From the human T2T-CHM13v2.0 reference genome, Homo sapiens, in assembly GCF_009914755.1 (NCBI RefSeq), contig NC_060925.1: a stretch of 64,000 nt of DNA, one strand, 5' to 3'. How positions within the stretch are numbered: the stretch's first letter is position 1; each line of letters begins with the position of its first letter. This document shows, in pieces, positions 14,575-29,454 of this stretch. The position numbers were made by a program, and so were the translations under genes. A model generated the notes under the pieces. It had not been told where the DNA came from, made no database searches, and saw only the letters and a program-made list of their open reading frames with translations.

Positions 14575-17036
14575 GAGGATTAAAAGTTATTTATAGAGAC
14601 TGCAAATGATCAAAGAAGAAACTTTAAGCATTTGTCCTTGAAAAACCTGTTCTCAGAATAAAAACAAGAGGGCAAATATTGAAATGTAAGATGTGTTTCT
14701 CTTTACAGGAGATGTGGGATTACCTGGTGATTAAATTATTCTGCTATGGATATTTTCATAGCTTCAAGGGTGTTCTGATAAGTAGAGCCAGTTATGTGGA
14801 TCTAATAATATATTCTAGAGTAGGATTCTTATTTTCTGGTTTCAATATCATCTCTCTTGTAGTTACAGAAATACGTGGGTGTCAGAAATGTTTTCTTTTT
14901 AAAATGTTCATAAGCACTTACTTTTAAAATATGAAGGACAAAACCCAAAATATGAAGTATGTAATTTTTTTTTTAGTCCTTAGCTTAAAACTCTCAGACT
15001 TGAAAACATTTTGTATCCCTCATCAACTGAAACTTTAGACACCTTTTTTTTCATGTACAGGTGACTCTACCTAGAGATCACAAGTTCAATTTAATTAGCT
15101 GGGCCAAGTTTAATACATTCAGTCCTGTGCTGCATTGAGAGATGTGAAATTTTTGGATTCTTTTGATTTCATTACTTTCTTTATCAGAAATGTTTATTTT
15201 AATGCAGAGGACATATATCATAAAAAACGAATCTGGCGAACACATGGGGCACATGCTTTCTATTATTTTAAAACTTGCAGATTTATTGACATGCTTTTGA
15301 AGGCAAATTATTTTTGAAATGGTGAGATGGGGGAGGGAAAAGAGAACAGAGTGGATTTTCACAGTCATCGTCCATCAAAGTTATACTCATATATATTTCA
15401 TAGATTTCATTTATTTTCCTATTTTAAGATTGATTCTTATTACGAACCTGGTCACCCAAAGGAGCTCGGTTCTCTGCAGTCTAGGAACTGTTTTGTTGGA
15501 GGAGTCTTGATCCTGCGTTAGAATGGTTGTGAGTTCTTCCAAAGTGGAATCTAAATGTTAATATTGTTCTTGTTGCATCGCTGTTCAGAAATCATTTATT
15601 TGATATGTCTACATCTTTAACCTTAGGATTAATTATGCCTTAATTCTTGTACAGTATTAGACTTGTAATATTTCTAGTGAATTAGACTTGACACTTCAAA
15701 CTTTTGCTTTATATTTCAATTATATCAAACTTGTGTTTAAAAAAGTCTGCTTGCCAGTCAAAAAGTGGTAGCAATAACTACTACTTTTTTTTTTTTGGCT
15801 CTTTTACAATTTCGTTTTGCTTTTGACAAGTTTTAATATCAGATCTGCAGAAGACCGCCTTTGATCCCAAATGCCAAGTATCAGTGGAAAAGTGTCCTCT
15901 TATGTTTCTAATGGTTAACACATTTCTGATTTGGGTGTAATTTAAATGGTCTGGTAGTAATGAAGCTTTTATTTGGATTATAAAAATTGCCCACTTTTTA
16001 TGAGTAAAATTTTTAGCATCTTTTGTTATATTTTCATTACTAGAAGAATATTAGTTATATGCTGTTTAGACCCAATTGTTATGGCATAAAATCTATCAGT
16101 GTTTTTCAACAATCACCCCAGTCATTCTTCAGGGTTAAGACTTATTTCAGGATAATTTACAGTTTTCCCTTCTCGTATTTATTGCTGTCATTTTCAGACA
16201 GTGAAAATGAGCAGTAAATGCTTGAAAAACTGAAAAATAACCACACAACAAAATTCAGATATAAAAAAGTTTGAACTTGAAGAAGATTGACTTATAAATA
16301 AAATCCCGATGGTTATTTTAGGGTTAGGTTATTCTCCCCAGGAATGGATCAGCATTGCTTTGATGGGTTTTAATTGTCAGTTCTGTTTCTTATGATGGGT
16401 ATGGTCTCAAAGACAATAGCATAGAATAATTTGTTGATATATGCCTGACAGTTGAGTTTCAGGGACTGCAGGATCCTCGTCATGGGCATATCATATTGTT
16501 TGTTATTGATTCCTTTAGAAGAAGCAGTAGAGTCCACAGCCTGCCAGTACTTTCAGCACTGACTATTGAGGCGGCATTCTGGACTGTTGCGCTCAGTTGT
16601 ATCAGTGTGTTCCAAGTCGGTCCTAGTGTGATAGCTCCCTCTGAGCCCAGCTCTCACAAAGCTCCCCGACCTACATATTCTTTGCTTTCTTTCTCTTCCC
16701 TTCTGTTCTTCACTCAAAACTCACCCCTTTCTTAATATCTCTTAACCTCTCAATTAGAGCCCAGCTTGCTCTGCATGTGAGTCTTCGATCCTTCCGCTTG
16801 AGCCCATGCCTGGGTGGCAGCGAGAGCAGTAGTCATTGTGCCTCCTCCCCTGGCTCTCCATGCTCCCTTCTCTCCATTCTCAGATCGTAGGTATCCTACT
16901 TGCTTCATTAACGTTCCACACCCATCCTGATACTTAACTTTTGAGATGTTCCACTGTTTTCCTTCTTATTTTCCTAGACTTATCTAGGAATGGCTTTATC
17001 GCAGGAATGGTTCCATTATCTCAGTTGTCCCTAAAA

Positions 17037-17620
17037 TTCATTCATTCCTTCCCTCATTCATCGTGGACAGACTGTATCCCAGCATGTTATGGGTTCTGCA
17101 GTGAACTAGGTGGGCAAGGGCTCTGCCAGTAACATACTCCAAGAGGGAGACAGTTAAAAAGCAGGAAGACAAGCAAGGTAATTTCAGATAGTGAAAAGTG
17201 CTGTGAAGACAATTAAACAAGATCTTGTTATAAAGGATGATGGGTAGAGGTGAAAGAAGGTCTTTGGATTACATGGTCAGAGAAGGCTACTCTGTGGAGG
17301 TGATTGCTAGTAGAACTGAAACTTAGGTAATAACCAGGAACCAGATAGACACATGAAGATCTGGAAAAAGAAAATTCCAGGCAGAGTGAACACACAGTAG
17401 TACAAAGACCCTGAAGTGGAAATGAGCTTGGTAGTTCATGAAACGGAGAGCAAGCTATGGTCTGGAGCTTGGCCCTATCAGGGGCTCTGGGATAAGAGGA
17501 CATTGGTGTGAGAGGCAAGTTTTATAGGGCCTTTAGGGCTACGGGACAGTGACACAAGCTGATTTTCATTTTTAGGATGTCCTCCCCACTGTGCTATGGA
17601 GACTGGATTGTAAGGGAGCA
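17037..17620 (-). mobile_element. L2 3' fragment
   Basis: ttcattcattc tail followed by a purine-rich L2 antisense body. Confidence 0.65.
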
Positions 17621-18719
17621 AGAGTGTGGTGATAACGTGTGTTCACTACTGAGATTAACACCATGCTTTAGGACAGTTTCTTCAGTTGGACGACTTAATG
17701 GACCTGACAGCTTTTTGAAAGAGGGTACTTTTTTGTATTTCAGAACTAATTTGACTCCTGTTCTTTTTAAAAAATGGTGTATAAGCATTTCTTGGTTTGT
17801 GTTTTCATCTGTTTATTGTTATAGCAGTCCTGCTCATTTCTTAACCAAATAATTTAATGCCATTTCAGTAAACTGAAGCTTGTTTGATTTTTTTTTCCCA
17901 TCGTTTGTTCCAGCATAGTAGCTTAGATTCTTGTTTGCAAATCTATACAAAGATGGGTTCGTAGAATTTTAGCGATTTTAATATGGTATGATTCTAAGCT
18001 GTTTTTTGCTTGTAACAGTTACTTTGGTGATTATTATTAGTCTATTGTAGCAATAATATATATTTTAGTATGAATATACTATGAATTGTTCTTAATATTA
18101 AGGAAAATTGGTCTAATCTATTCCGTCATGTATTGCTGCCACTTTCCAGTTAGTTTTGATCAAGTCAATATTTGAAACTAGGTGCTTTAATTAAATAGAT
18201 TAAACTGATATAATACTTGCTGATAATTCTCTGGGCAAAGCATGTAAAAGGAGTTACTTATATAAATTTAAATGAGACGCTAATAAAATTTGCTTATTCT
18301 TATATACTTTTAAAAATAAAAACATTAGTATGTGTTGACCATGTAAGATGGTACATGCAGCTTTATGTAACAGCAGCCAATGCCAATGTTATGCTGTAGA
18401 GCAGAGTTACCTTGCTGATTACAGTCAATGTTTGTCTAAAGAGTATGGAGAGAAGGGCTGGGTAGGGAGAGTGGAGGAGGTTGGTTCTGTGGTTCATGTA
18501 CCTGGAGCAGACCTGAGGAGGGTGGAGTAAATGGTCAAAGAAGTGTGGGCTCAGCTCTGGGGTCGCCAGAAGGACAGAGTAGACTTTGCCAGTGAGGTGG
18601 GGAACCTTTGGAGGGTTTTGAGGAGAGGGCTGTTAGAGTTGAGTTAAAAAATTCTTAATAAATACAAATAATGAAACTATTCTACAGGGCAGAATCAGGA
18701 CTTGGTTACTGGTTGAAAA

Positions 18720-18875
18720 TAATAATAATAAAAAATAGTAACTTACCGTGTTTCATATATGTCAGGCACTAGCCTAAGTGCTTTCCGTTCAGTAAGTCAT
18801 TTACTATTGATTGCAACCACATGGGGTGGGCACCATTACTATCCCTATTTAACAGATAAGAAAGTGAATACAATC
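18720..18875 (-). mobile_element. MIR
   Basis: tatgtcaggcactagcctaagtgcttt...ccctatttaacagataagaaagtga, the MIR core in reverse. Confidence 0.75.
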
Positions 18876-18969
18876 GGAAATATTTTCTTGGTGCATTAAA
18901 GTTTCATTTTAACATGATTTAAAGATGAGAATTTAGGATTTATTGACCTGTTTAGTTATTTGACTTTAA

Positions 18970-19310
18970 AAATCAACTTTGAGGTATAAGCTGCATACAG
19001 TAAAAGGTAACTGTTTTAACTGTATAGTACAAGTTTCACACCCGTGTAACTATCACTGCTGTCGAGTCATAGGACATGTCTGTCACCCCAAAAAGTTCTT
19101 TTCTACTGCTCTGAAGTTAGTCTTTCCCTGCCCAAGGTCACTACTGATCGGCTTTCTGTTCCTACACATTGGTTTTTCCTATTCTGGGGTTTCATAGGAG
19201 TGGAATACATATAGTCCTTGCCCTTTGCTGTTTGTCTCATTTTGGTCTTTATACTGTTTCTGAGATTCAGCCATATTGTTGCATGTATCAGTAGTTCATT
19301 TCTTTACGGG
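18970..19310 (-). mobile_element. Old L1M 3' fragment
   Basis: ctttgaggtataa...catacagtaaa...tgtaactatcac...gagattcagccatattgttgcatgtatcagtagttcatt. Confidence 0.7.
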
Positions 19311-19949
19311 AGCTGTTTTATGGGAGACCATCTGACCATGTAGATATGTCTATTCATAATCTTAATTCCAAAGAGTTAGCGAAACCCTGGGATGGCTTTC
19401 TATCTTTCATCTTAGTTATCTCTCCCCCTTTTTTCTAATTCTAAAAATATATATGATATAAAAAGTTGAAACCACTTTCACTGTTTTATCATATTATTAA
19501 TATAGAAGTATATTTTTTATAGATAATTATAAATATGAATCTGATTTTTTCACTTTAAAAAAAGACTTCTAAGTAAGGTGGTTGCTATCTGTTTTGACTT
19601 AAACCTCAACTAATAAATGTGTAGTTTAGGAAATTAGCATGTTGAATGAATAGTGGTAGCCCTTGAAATCTCATTTTGAATCATGTATTCTACTAGATAA
19701 ATTAGCAAATTTTAGAAAATCTGGGACCTTGTCTTTCTGAATGAAAATATTATTTGTGAAATTCAAAAAAAAATTAACAACCTGAATAGCATTTCCTTAA
19801 GTCACTGGAATGAGCTTGTGGCAAGAAGCCTTTCCTCTTATGTTAGGATAGTAACACTTCGGCAGAGAAAAAAGCTGTGGGACTGTTTTTCTCTGCCTCT
19901 CCTTTGATGCCCTCTAACTCACTCTCCTTGGTCAGTTCTGGCAATGTCA

Positions 19950-20130
19950 TTCCAGCTGTGTGACCTTGGGCAAGTCCTCGGCTTATTTGTGTTCACTTTC
20001 TTATCTGTTAAATGGGGACAGTAATGGTGCCTACCCCGTGTGGTTGCAGTCAATAGTAAATGAGTTTATAGATGTAAAGCCCTTAGGCTAGTGCCTGACA
20101 TAGGAAACACCGTAAATTATTATTTATTAC
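19950..20130 (+). mobile_element. MIR
   Basis: agctgtgtgaccttgggcaagtc...atctgttaaatggggacagtaat core. Confidence 0.8.
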
Positions 20131-21029
20131 TGTTATTTTTCAGCCGGTAACCATGTCCTGATTCTGTCCTGTAAAATAGTTTAATTACTATTACTGCTTG
20201 AATTCAGACCCAAACATCCCTTCTCTGGGCTATTACAGAAAGCTCCTGATTGATTTCCTCGCCAACGTTTTCCTCCCTATGGGACCATTCTCCATAGGCC
20301 TTACAGAACATGCAGCTCACCATCTGGGAAATCAGAAAAGCCAGCGGTCGTTGCGAGTTGTTGGGAATGTTTTCGTGGAGGAGCTGGGATTTGAACTTGA
20401 CCTGGAAGGATGTGGAGGATATTGATCGTCAGAAGAATTGAGGGCCAGGTGAAAGTCTAAATTGAGAAAGGCCCAGAGTAGCAAGGGGACCTAATGTGGT
20501 GAGGGTAGGAGGGGCCAGAGGGTGTGCCAGGAACCCAGATGCCTGTAGGGGCCAGGGATGACCTGTAAGAGTAAAATGGGGATTTTTCTGTGATTTCTTC
20601 CAATAGAATTTTTTTTTTTAAATCCATGGGTAGACCGAACAAACCCCATCTGAGATGAAAGGCTGTAGCCCACAGTTTGTTGCTTTGGATGAAGATAGTT
20701 TGAGAAGTTAAAACTCAGTCTCACCAGTAACAGCCTCAGTGGGAGGCAGTAGAAAGCTCCTTCTCCTGCTTACCAATCCCCTGTCCCCACCCTCACCCAT
20801 TCCCATTCTGTATTAGAATCTTCTGGACAAGAGGAGGGGATGAGCCCTCAGGTGACTTATTTTCTTTGCTTCTCTTGAACGTTGACAGTCTCTAAAGCCA
20901 GCAGACCAATGACTAGATTTTATTTAGAAAGTTTAAAAAGCGTTTTGAATCAGATACTTTGTAGACTGCTTATTCAAGAAGACAAAAGGTTCAGAGAAGT
21001 TGAATGTAGAGTAGCCTAGATGCCAGAAA

Positions 21030-21530
21030 GCCTCACCCCATCTCGTCACTCTCCTGCCCAAACCCTCTTGTGTCATCCCACCGCTCTCTGAATTGAGTCC
21101 AGCTCTTTGCCCTGCCTTGGTTTTGCATGTTCCAGTGGTGGCTGCCTCTGCTTTCTTCCCGTCTCTATTCTGGTGCAGCCGCGGTGGCCTCTTTTTATTC
21201 CTGAACAGCCCAGGCCCCTTCTCTCCTTGGCATGTTTGCCTGGACTGCTCAGTTCTTAATACATGACTCATTTTCATCTCTCAAGTCCAAGTCCCTGTGT
21301 GACATCTTCTCTGAGAGGCCTCCCCCTGCCATCCTAACTAAAGCACTGCACTGTCCCCTCCTTATCTCTCCTACATCACTCTTTAGGTCACTGAGACGTT
21401 GAACACCCCTAGTCTGCCACATTAGCTTGGGGTGCAGGTGGGCAGGACCTGCCCCTTCTCTTGGTTGCTGCGTTCCCCAGGTAGCGCTGCTCCAGCACAT
21501 GGACACTTGCTGCTAATATGTGCAGGATGA
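21030..21530 (+). mobile_element. L2 fragment
   Basis: L2-like motifs (ttcctgaacag...catgtttgcc...cttctctgagaggcctccc); boundaries approximate. Confidence 0.55.
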
Positions 21531-22571
21531 TTGGAGATTCCTGAATAACTTCAGGTTGGAAGATGTCAGTGGCAATGGGAACTGGAGAAAGGAATTGGAC
21601 GTGACAGATTTTGAAGGATCAGCAGCAGGGTTTGGCTCTGTTGACCACCCTCACTTCCTGGAGTCTTCCCCAGCTTTGGTGATGCCATGTGCTTGGTGCC
21701 TCTTTGGCTCTGCGATGACTTCTAGGACTGGGACTCATTTGCTGTGCTTCTTCTTCCGTTTCATTCTTTGATAAGGGCATTCTGAGGGCTTTGTTTTCGG
21801 CTGTTCTCTCCTCTGCTTTCCATCGAGGATTCTCATCCACTTCCATGGACTCCATGGCCAGCTGGGGCTGTACTGCTCTTACAGCCATCTCTCTGTGCCC
21901 AGACCTCTGGGCAGTTGATTGCCAGGCATTTGTTTGCCCGTTCGCAGTGACCACTGCTCTGAGCTGGGCACTCTGTGCCAGGCTGTATCGAGGCGAGTAA
22001 GCACAGCCTGCCTGTCTACAGCCCTAAACTTGCCTCTCTGGAGAGGTGATTAACCAAGCCAACCAGGAAGGGCTTTCACAATACACAGGGCACACTGTTG
22101 CAAGTTGTGGAGAGTGTTGTAACAGAGCCATAGGGGAAATCCTACTAGGTTAGGATAGTGGGGACTAGCTTCTAGGAGGCTAAAGTGTTCTCTGGGTAGA
22201 GCCCAGGCCTGGAATACAAATGCAAATTGGCCCCTTTTGGTAACCTCACCTTGCTGGGGTCTCAGCTTCACCACCCTGGGGTTTAAAGTATTGGGAACTT
22301 TTCTTCTGCTTTTTTCTCCATTCCCTGCAGGAGCCTAAACGGGCATTGACAGTAAGTTGTTGTGTTTATTAATACTCTGAAGCCATTGCAACTTATCTCA
22401 GTTTATTCTGGTATATTTTGCTTTTTCTCCTTTAGAGATTAGCAGTGAAACCCTTCAAATGATAAAGACTCTTGTGCCTGTTTGGGGAAAGCAAATGTCA
22501 CAGCCATGTTTTGTCCCTAACTTTGCATACTTGACACTGCTCACACTCTTTTCACATGTACATTGATGTAG

Positions 22572-22858
<287 letters not shown>

Positions 22859-23239
22859 TCATGGCTTATTTTTAAGGGAAAATGTATAAAACAAAGTATG
22901 GAAGAAAAAGATATTGCAGGGCATAAAGGGAGAAAAAGGAAGGAGGAGGAAGAGGGGAGAAAGCTTATAGTTGTAACGCTTGTAGTTTTTAATGTTAACA
23001 GTTGTACTCAGGAAGTGGGGGAGGTGCCCAGGAAGGGGAGAACGTAGGACATGAATGTTTGGATTAAGCCCCCCTGCCTCCCTCCACTCTTGTAGGTTTG
23101 GTCTCTAGGAGTCGGTCCTGTCTTCTTAGCCCTGAGAGGGGAGGTACGATGGAAGACTGGAGGCGGTCTTAGTGCAGTAGCAGCTTGAGCTTTTTGATGA
23201 TGTTTGTTGTATCTATGGATGTTTACCATATTGGAAATT

Positions 23240-23715
23240 ATAACAAAGTATTTTGAAATAGTTATAGATCCACATGAAGTTATAAGAATAGTGTAGAGAG
23301 TCCTATGTACTCTATTTATTTTTGAGAAGGAGTCTTGCTCTATCCCCCGGGCTGGAGTGCAGTGGCATAACCTCGGCTCACTGCAACTTCCGCCTCCCGG
23401 GTTCAAGTGATTCACCTGCCTTAGCCTCCTGAGTAGCTGGGATTACAGGTGTGCGCCACCACGCCCAGCTAGTTTTTGTTTTTTTAGTAGAGATAGGTTT
23501 TTACCATGTTGGCCAGGTTGGTCTTGAACTCCTGACCTCAAGTGATCTGCCTGCCTCGGCCTCCCAAAGTGCTGGGATTACAGGCATGAGCCACTGCGCC
23601 CGGCCCAAGTCCTGTGTACTCTTTACCCAGCCTTTTCTAGCAGTAACATCTTACAAAGCTTTAGTACAATATGAAAGCTAGGAAATTGATTTGGTATAAT
23701 AATGCTAGTTAGACT
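23240..23715 (-). mobile_element. L1MC-like 3' fragment hosting an Alu
   Basis: ttgaaatagttatagatccaca...tgtactc|tttacccagcc...gtaacatctt...ggaaattgat is continuous across the Alu. Confidence 0.6.
23314..23605 (-). mobile_element. AluSx-like (antisense)
   Basis: Full dimer; TSD AGTCCT(A/G)TGTACTCT. Confidence 0.95.
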
Positions 23716-23729
23716 ACAGGCCTTATTCA

Positions 23730-23945
23730 TAAATCAGAAAAATTTAAAACATAAGATTAAACAATCACACATTTCATAAGCCACCAGAATGATGACATTT
23801 TCACACATGATAGCCTCCAGAAAACTCCACTCTACACATCTGAGAGTGAAAAAGGCAGACAACATCTTAGTGTTGTTATAGCAATAGCTCTGACCTTGTG
23901 GGCCCCAGAAAGGGAATTCTCAGGTGTCCACGGACTGTGAGGTAT
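23730..23945 (+). mobile_element. hAT-Charlie (MER119-like) fragment
   Basis: tagcctccagaaaactccact...gagagtgaaaaaggca...tcttagt...tgaccttgtgggcccc resembles the recalled consensus. Confidence 0.5.
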
Positions 23946-23954
23946 GAGACCCCA

Positions 23955-24370
23955 CTGGGTTGGTGGTTAGAATGTAGACTCTGGAATCTGTCTGGATTTT
24001 ATCTTGGCTCCACTACTTCAAAACTATGTAGCTTGGGAAAGTTACTCAGCAGGGCTGCTCTGTGGCATAGTATTTGAGAATCCAGACCCTGAAGCGAGAT
24101 TGTCTGGATTGAAATTACCTAGCTCTGCCACCTGCTGGCTGGGACTATGGGCAAAGTTTAGTTTCATCTGTAACGTGGAGATCATAGAAGTGCCTATAGC
24201 AATTGGTAGTGTGCAGATTAAATGAGGTGATAAGTGCTCACAGTTGTATCTGACACATCTTGAACGCTCCATCTGTGTTAGTTGTGATTGTTACTGTTGT
24301 GATGATTAAATGAGGTAATGCATGTAAAGTGCTTAGCACAGATCTTGGCTCAGAGGATGGAATAAATGTT
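23955..24370 (+). mobile_element. Nested MIR-in-MIR cluster
   Basis: MIR 5' half, then a complete second MIR, then a MIR 3' half (gattaaatgagg occurs twice). Confidence 0.65.
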
Positions 24371-25166
24371 ATATTCCCTAAGCTCCTCACCCCGTCCAGC
24401 ATGGAAAGGTCATCCTGGGTCAGAGAAAATGTATCAGGAAAGCAGTAGAAGGGCCCTTCAGAGGCTCCCCAGCAAGGTCAAAACTCGTGAATCAAAATCT
24501 CTCCAAGGTTTCTTGTCTCAGGGAGCAGGAACAGAGAAGTTCTTCCTCTAGCCAGTGGGCTTCATGAGGAGGGGGTCCTAGCATGGTGCTAGCTCTGAGC
24601 AGACACTCAGGGAGTATGTGTTAATGACTGACGGATGGGCTGAATGAAGGAGAGACGCTTTGGCGATTAATTGGGGGAAGAGAAGCGGGTAGTGACTTTC
24701 TTTGAGTTTGAGGTAGGAAGTTGGAAACATCGAATTAATGAGATCAATTAATAGTTAATAACTAAATGACATTAAATTGACTTAAATTTAACATGTTAAA
24801 TTTAATACATACTGTTCCAGATCTGTTCATTGATACATGTTTAAAGACTGTACTTCATTAAGCAGTCAAATAATGAGTCCTCATTGAGGTCAGCTAATAG
24901 GGAAGCAGAGAAGTTCTTTAGCTTCTTTCATATCACAGTGATCAGTGTTAAAAACCCATGAGACAGGAACATACTTCTATTCAGGGGCAGCAAGGACAGG
25001 GCGTACTGGGAGACGCCAGCAGCTGGGGTGCCTTGCGGAGCTTGCGATCTGCTCTCTGCTCTCTGCTTGATGACTTCTATTCTGCTTATTCTGGGTAGAC
25101 AAGCGAATGGCGATGAGTGTTTCTCAGAGACCTTACCCCTGCCTGCCCCTCCTGCCTCAGTTCTAG

Positions 25167-25655
<489 letters not shown>

Positions 25656-26279
25656 TTCCCCTCTTTTTTTTCATTCGCCACTGATCGGAAGGCATGTGTC
25701 CCCTTTTTTGTGCTTGAGTTTTCTACAGGGCATCAGCCATTGTATGTATGTGTTTAATTTTGTCTCTATTTCTTACCAGAGTGATGCCGTGTTGAGGCAA
25801 GCGTGCTGCCTAGAACATTGCCTGGCCTGTAGCAGGGATTTGGAAATATAGAAATAAATAAATAGAGTAGATGGTGCAACTTATTTTAGACAAGATCAAT
25901 CTGGGAAATAGTGCCAGGATCAAATTGTGATTCTTTAGTATAAGAATCAAGATGAACCTGTTTAGATATGATATTACATCTTATCCTGTCAGGATATGTA
26001 CCAAGAAGAGATCCCAGTTTATGAGTATGTGGGGGAGAGAATTTTTTGAAAACATTCCTTTGTTCCTAAGGTTCACTTGTACATTGGTTGCTTGGAATTA
26101 ATGGCATACCACATTTTCTAAAAAAGGATTCTTATATTGATCCAGAAGAATACCTACCTCAATTTCAAGAAATTCAGGCACATGTGGAGGAGATACTTCC
26201 TGATAGATGACCCAGCTCTTTCATTTATTTCTATCCCTCCTTTTTAAAAAAAGCTTTAAGTTAGCTTACAAAGAGCCAT

Positions 26280-26490
26280 GTACTCATTCAAGTATTTAAG
26301 TGACAACAAACATTTGAAATCTACTGCTAAGCTGGGGGAACACAACACTGAATAAGATAGACACCATCTGTCTTCACTGCAGTCTCACAGAGGAGGCACA
26401 CAGTAAACACACAGCTATACAAATAAGCATTTAAAATTGTGGTAAGAGCTGTGAAGGAGAACCAAGGAAGAAAAGAGGGTGGTTCTATTT
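26280..26490 (-). mobile_element. L2 3' fragment
   Basis: ctcattca...caacaaacatttgaaatctactg...gaataagatagacac. Confidence 0.55.
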
Positions 26491-29100
26491 CAGAAGTCCA
26501 GCCCATGAATCTACCTTCTACTTCTCAAATCATTGATTTTCTAGAAATGTTCTAGGCAGTTTGCAGCCATAGCCACGGCCATGGAGAGTCCAGCGGGGCT
26601 GTGGGGAAGAAGGGAGGGAGGGCCCTGGGGCTGCCCAGCGTCTGGGTTGTGCTGCTGTGAACTGAGGTGCTCTGTTGTAGTTTGGTCTTTTTGTAATGTG
26701 AAGGATACGACAATAACAGAAAAAGCTTTCCTCTGCTGGGTGTATGAGTCCAAAAGGAAAAACCAATGGGTCTAGTGGGACAAGATGTGGAATAAAGGAG
26801 TAATTTAAAAGAAAAAAAAGACAAAAAATAATGGGTTGACTTAAAACAGATAAACAAATACATAGGATTTTTTGGTATTTCTTTTTCCCATGGCTTCTCT
26901 GCTGAGGTCCTTCATGTTCTCGGGCGCTTCAGAAATTTTAATACATGTGATCTCTAACTTGTACTCAAGTTACACATTTCTTGTGGGAGTGACCATTCCT
27001 GCCTTAAGCACCATCTCCTGCTGACATTTCCATGGAAATCTGGAAGTTTTAGGTCAGAGGTTCTTAGATGATATTCCAGCAGAATCTTAAGTGAAAACTC
27101 CTTGATGATTAGGACTGACTATAGGCACTCGAATCAGACAGATATTCAGATCCAGGCTTTGAGCCCTTTAAGCAATGTCTCTAAGCTCTAATTCCCTGCT
27201 CTGTGTGGAGAGGGGGAGACACTGATAATACCTGTCTCTTGGACTATTTGGAGTACATTCTACCCAGCATGTAAGACAGCACAGTGCCTTGAGCGAGGAA
27301 GTTCTCAGTAAATACGAAGTTGTCATTAGAATTACTGTGAAAGTGCCTGGAAGTATCCGTTTAGGTTAGCAGACATGGTGACTTTTCAAAGCGGCTGTGC
27401 TCCTGGGGAGGATAAATGGTGCTGAGTGTTTGCCTAGGGTCCCAGCTGAGACGGAAGAAGAAAATCCCCTTTTACTTTACTAAATGGCCAGTGCTGATAG
27501 GACATCACTCTGGCTAATATTTGTTAATGTCACTTACTTTATCAGTGTTATGAAATAATCATTATGTAGCTTAGGATGCCAATGCCAACTACCAGTGTAA
27601 TACCTTTTCCCTCTTTGGAAATAAATTGTTCACATTTCCAAAAATCCAGCTTATAGATTAAGAATTTAAAAATGGGGACACTATATTTAGAAGTGAAAAA
27701 TGTCTATGGTTAATTTATTCACACTTTAGCTAATTAAAAATACCATAAGACCATTTTCTGGGGCTAATTGGCTATCTTATGTTTTGGAAAATGTTTCAGG
27801 GATATTGTTGGGACAAAGGTGTAAATCAAGCAGGAACAAAGCATTTGTGTGTCTGAAATGGAGGCTCAGTTGGCTCGGCTCTGCACGAGAGACAAACCTG
27901 TCTCTAGATGCCCTCTCTTGGGCTCTCGAGCTTGAAGCAGGCCAGAGAGTAGATGACCATGTTTATAATGACTGTGAGATTTATTTCTCTTGAAGTAGAC
28001 TGTTGATAATTAATAAGCCAAAAATTGAAATGCTGAGAGTATGCCAGTTTGGATGATATTCTTTTCTTGGTACATATATTCTTGAAGACGACAAGAGCTT
28101 CCTGGTTGTGGGAAAAATTAATCTTTTTTGTTTGGGGTTTACTTTTGCCTGTGTTGGTTCATTTAAAAGTCCTGGAGAAGTGTTTCCCTGTGCAGTGAAA
28201 TGAAACACACTCAGACTACAAAGCCTATCATTCTTAGCAGTGCCGTGATGTGCACATCAGCTCCGTAGGATATATGGTGTACTGGTTACTAGACCCTTGG
28301 TGTTCCTTTGATTTGAAAGTTAATGAGAAAATAACAGTCATATTCTCCCAGTTGGCTCAAATCTCTCCCTTCCTTACATACATATCTAATAGTAATCTTT
28401 TCTTAAGATTATGATGAATTCCAGCCTAAACTTTGATAAATAATTTAAAAAAATTCTCTGTTTCTTAGCAACTCTGTGATATCCTGGTGACTTTGCTGTT
28501 TAGTGACTTGGTAAACAGTGGTAAATTACTGTTTCCTGGAAAGGTGGCACTTGCAGTAAGGGACCACAATAAGTTGTCGTGTTTTGGGGTGGAATATTCA
28601 AGCCCCATCCAGTTAGGGGTTGTTGCTGGAGGGCAACATGGATGGGGCAGGGTTGGAGGGCCCCAGTAGCCTTTGTGGTGTGTGCTGAAAGCATTCATTG
28701 AAGTGGGCAGTGTTGGTTTTTATTTTTTAAATGTGCTAAGGTACTGATGGTAGCCTTTGATTTAGAAGTAAGCTTATGCTATATTTTGCTGCCAGATTCT
28801 ATTTGTGTTTAAAGCAGTATGGTGGCAGAGATTATCATATTTTGGAAATGGCCACAGGTGGCTGGAACAAAATAGAGTAACACAGACATGCTTGAAGGTT
28901 GCAGTGGTTTCCTTTGGACAGTTACAAACAAGCATCAAAGCAGCTCCTCAAATGCTTGACATCATCGTTTTGGTCTGTCTTGCCAGCTTCAGGTTTCGGT
29001 TACATTTTTGCATACTTGCTTATTGAACCAGAAAAAAAAAAAAACCCATGATTTGAGTTTTCTTTCTTTTGCTGTGATCCTTCCATTTCTTGACTTGCAG

Positions 29101-29218
29101 AACACTACTGAGCCTGTGGCGGCCACCGAGACCCTGGCTGAGGTACCCGAACATGTGCTGCGAGGACTTCCGGAGGAAGTGAGGCTTTTCCCTTCTGCTG
29201 TTGACAAGACCCGGATTG
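29101..29218 (+). CDS. PRDM2: PRDM2 exon 3 (118 nt; NTTEPVAATETLAEVPEHVLRGLPEEVRLFPSAVDKTRI-G), start of the PR/SET domain
   Basis: Acceptor ttgacttgcag|AAC and donor ATTG|gtgagt; lies within ORF 29008..29274; phase 0 to 1. Confidence 0.97.
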
Positions 29219-29415
29219 GTGAGTGCTCCTCCTGTCACGGAGCAAGTCAGGCAGTAAAGAGCAGGTGGCAGTGAGGCTTCCTGCAGGGGCATGTCAGGTA
29301 GGGAGCGCACCATAAAAGCAGCAATTTACCCTTGACTTAGAAGATTATATGGTGTTGATGCATTTTCTAGTCAAGAATCCAGGTTGGACATGGGTTGTAA
29401 AAATAAAACCAGGAA

Positions 29416-29454
29416 CACACAAACAGACACACACACAAACACACACACACACAC
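29416..29454. repeat. Interrupted (CA)n microsatellite
   Basis: acacacaaacagacacacacacaaacacacacacacacac. Confidence 0.85.
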
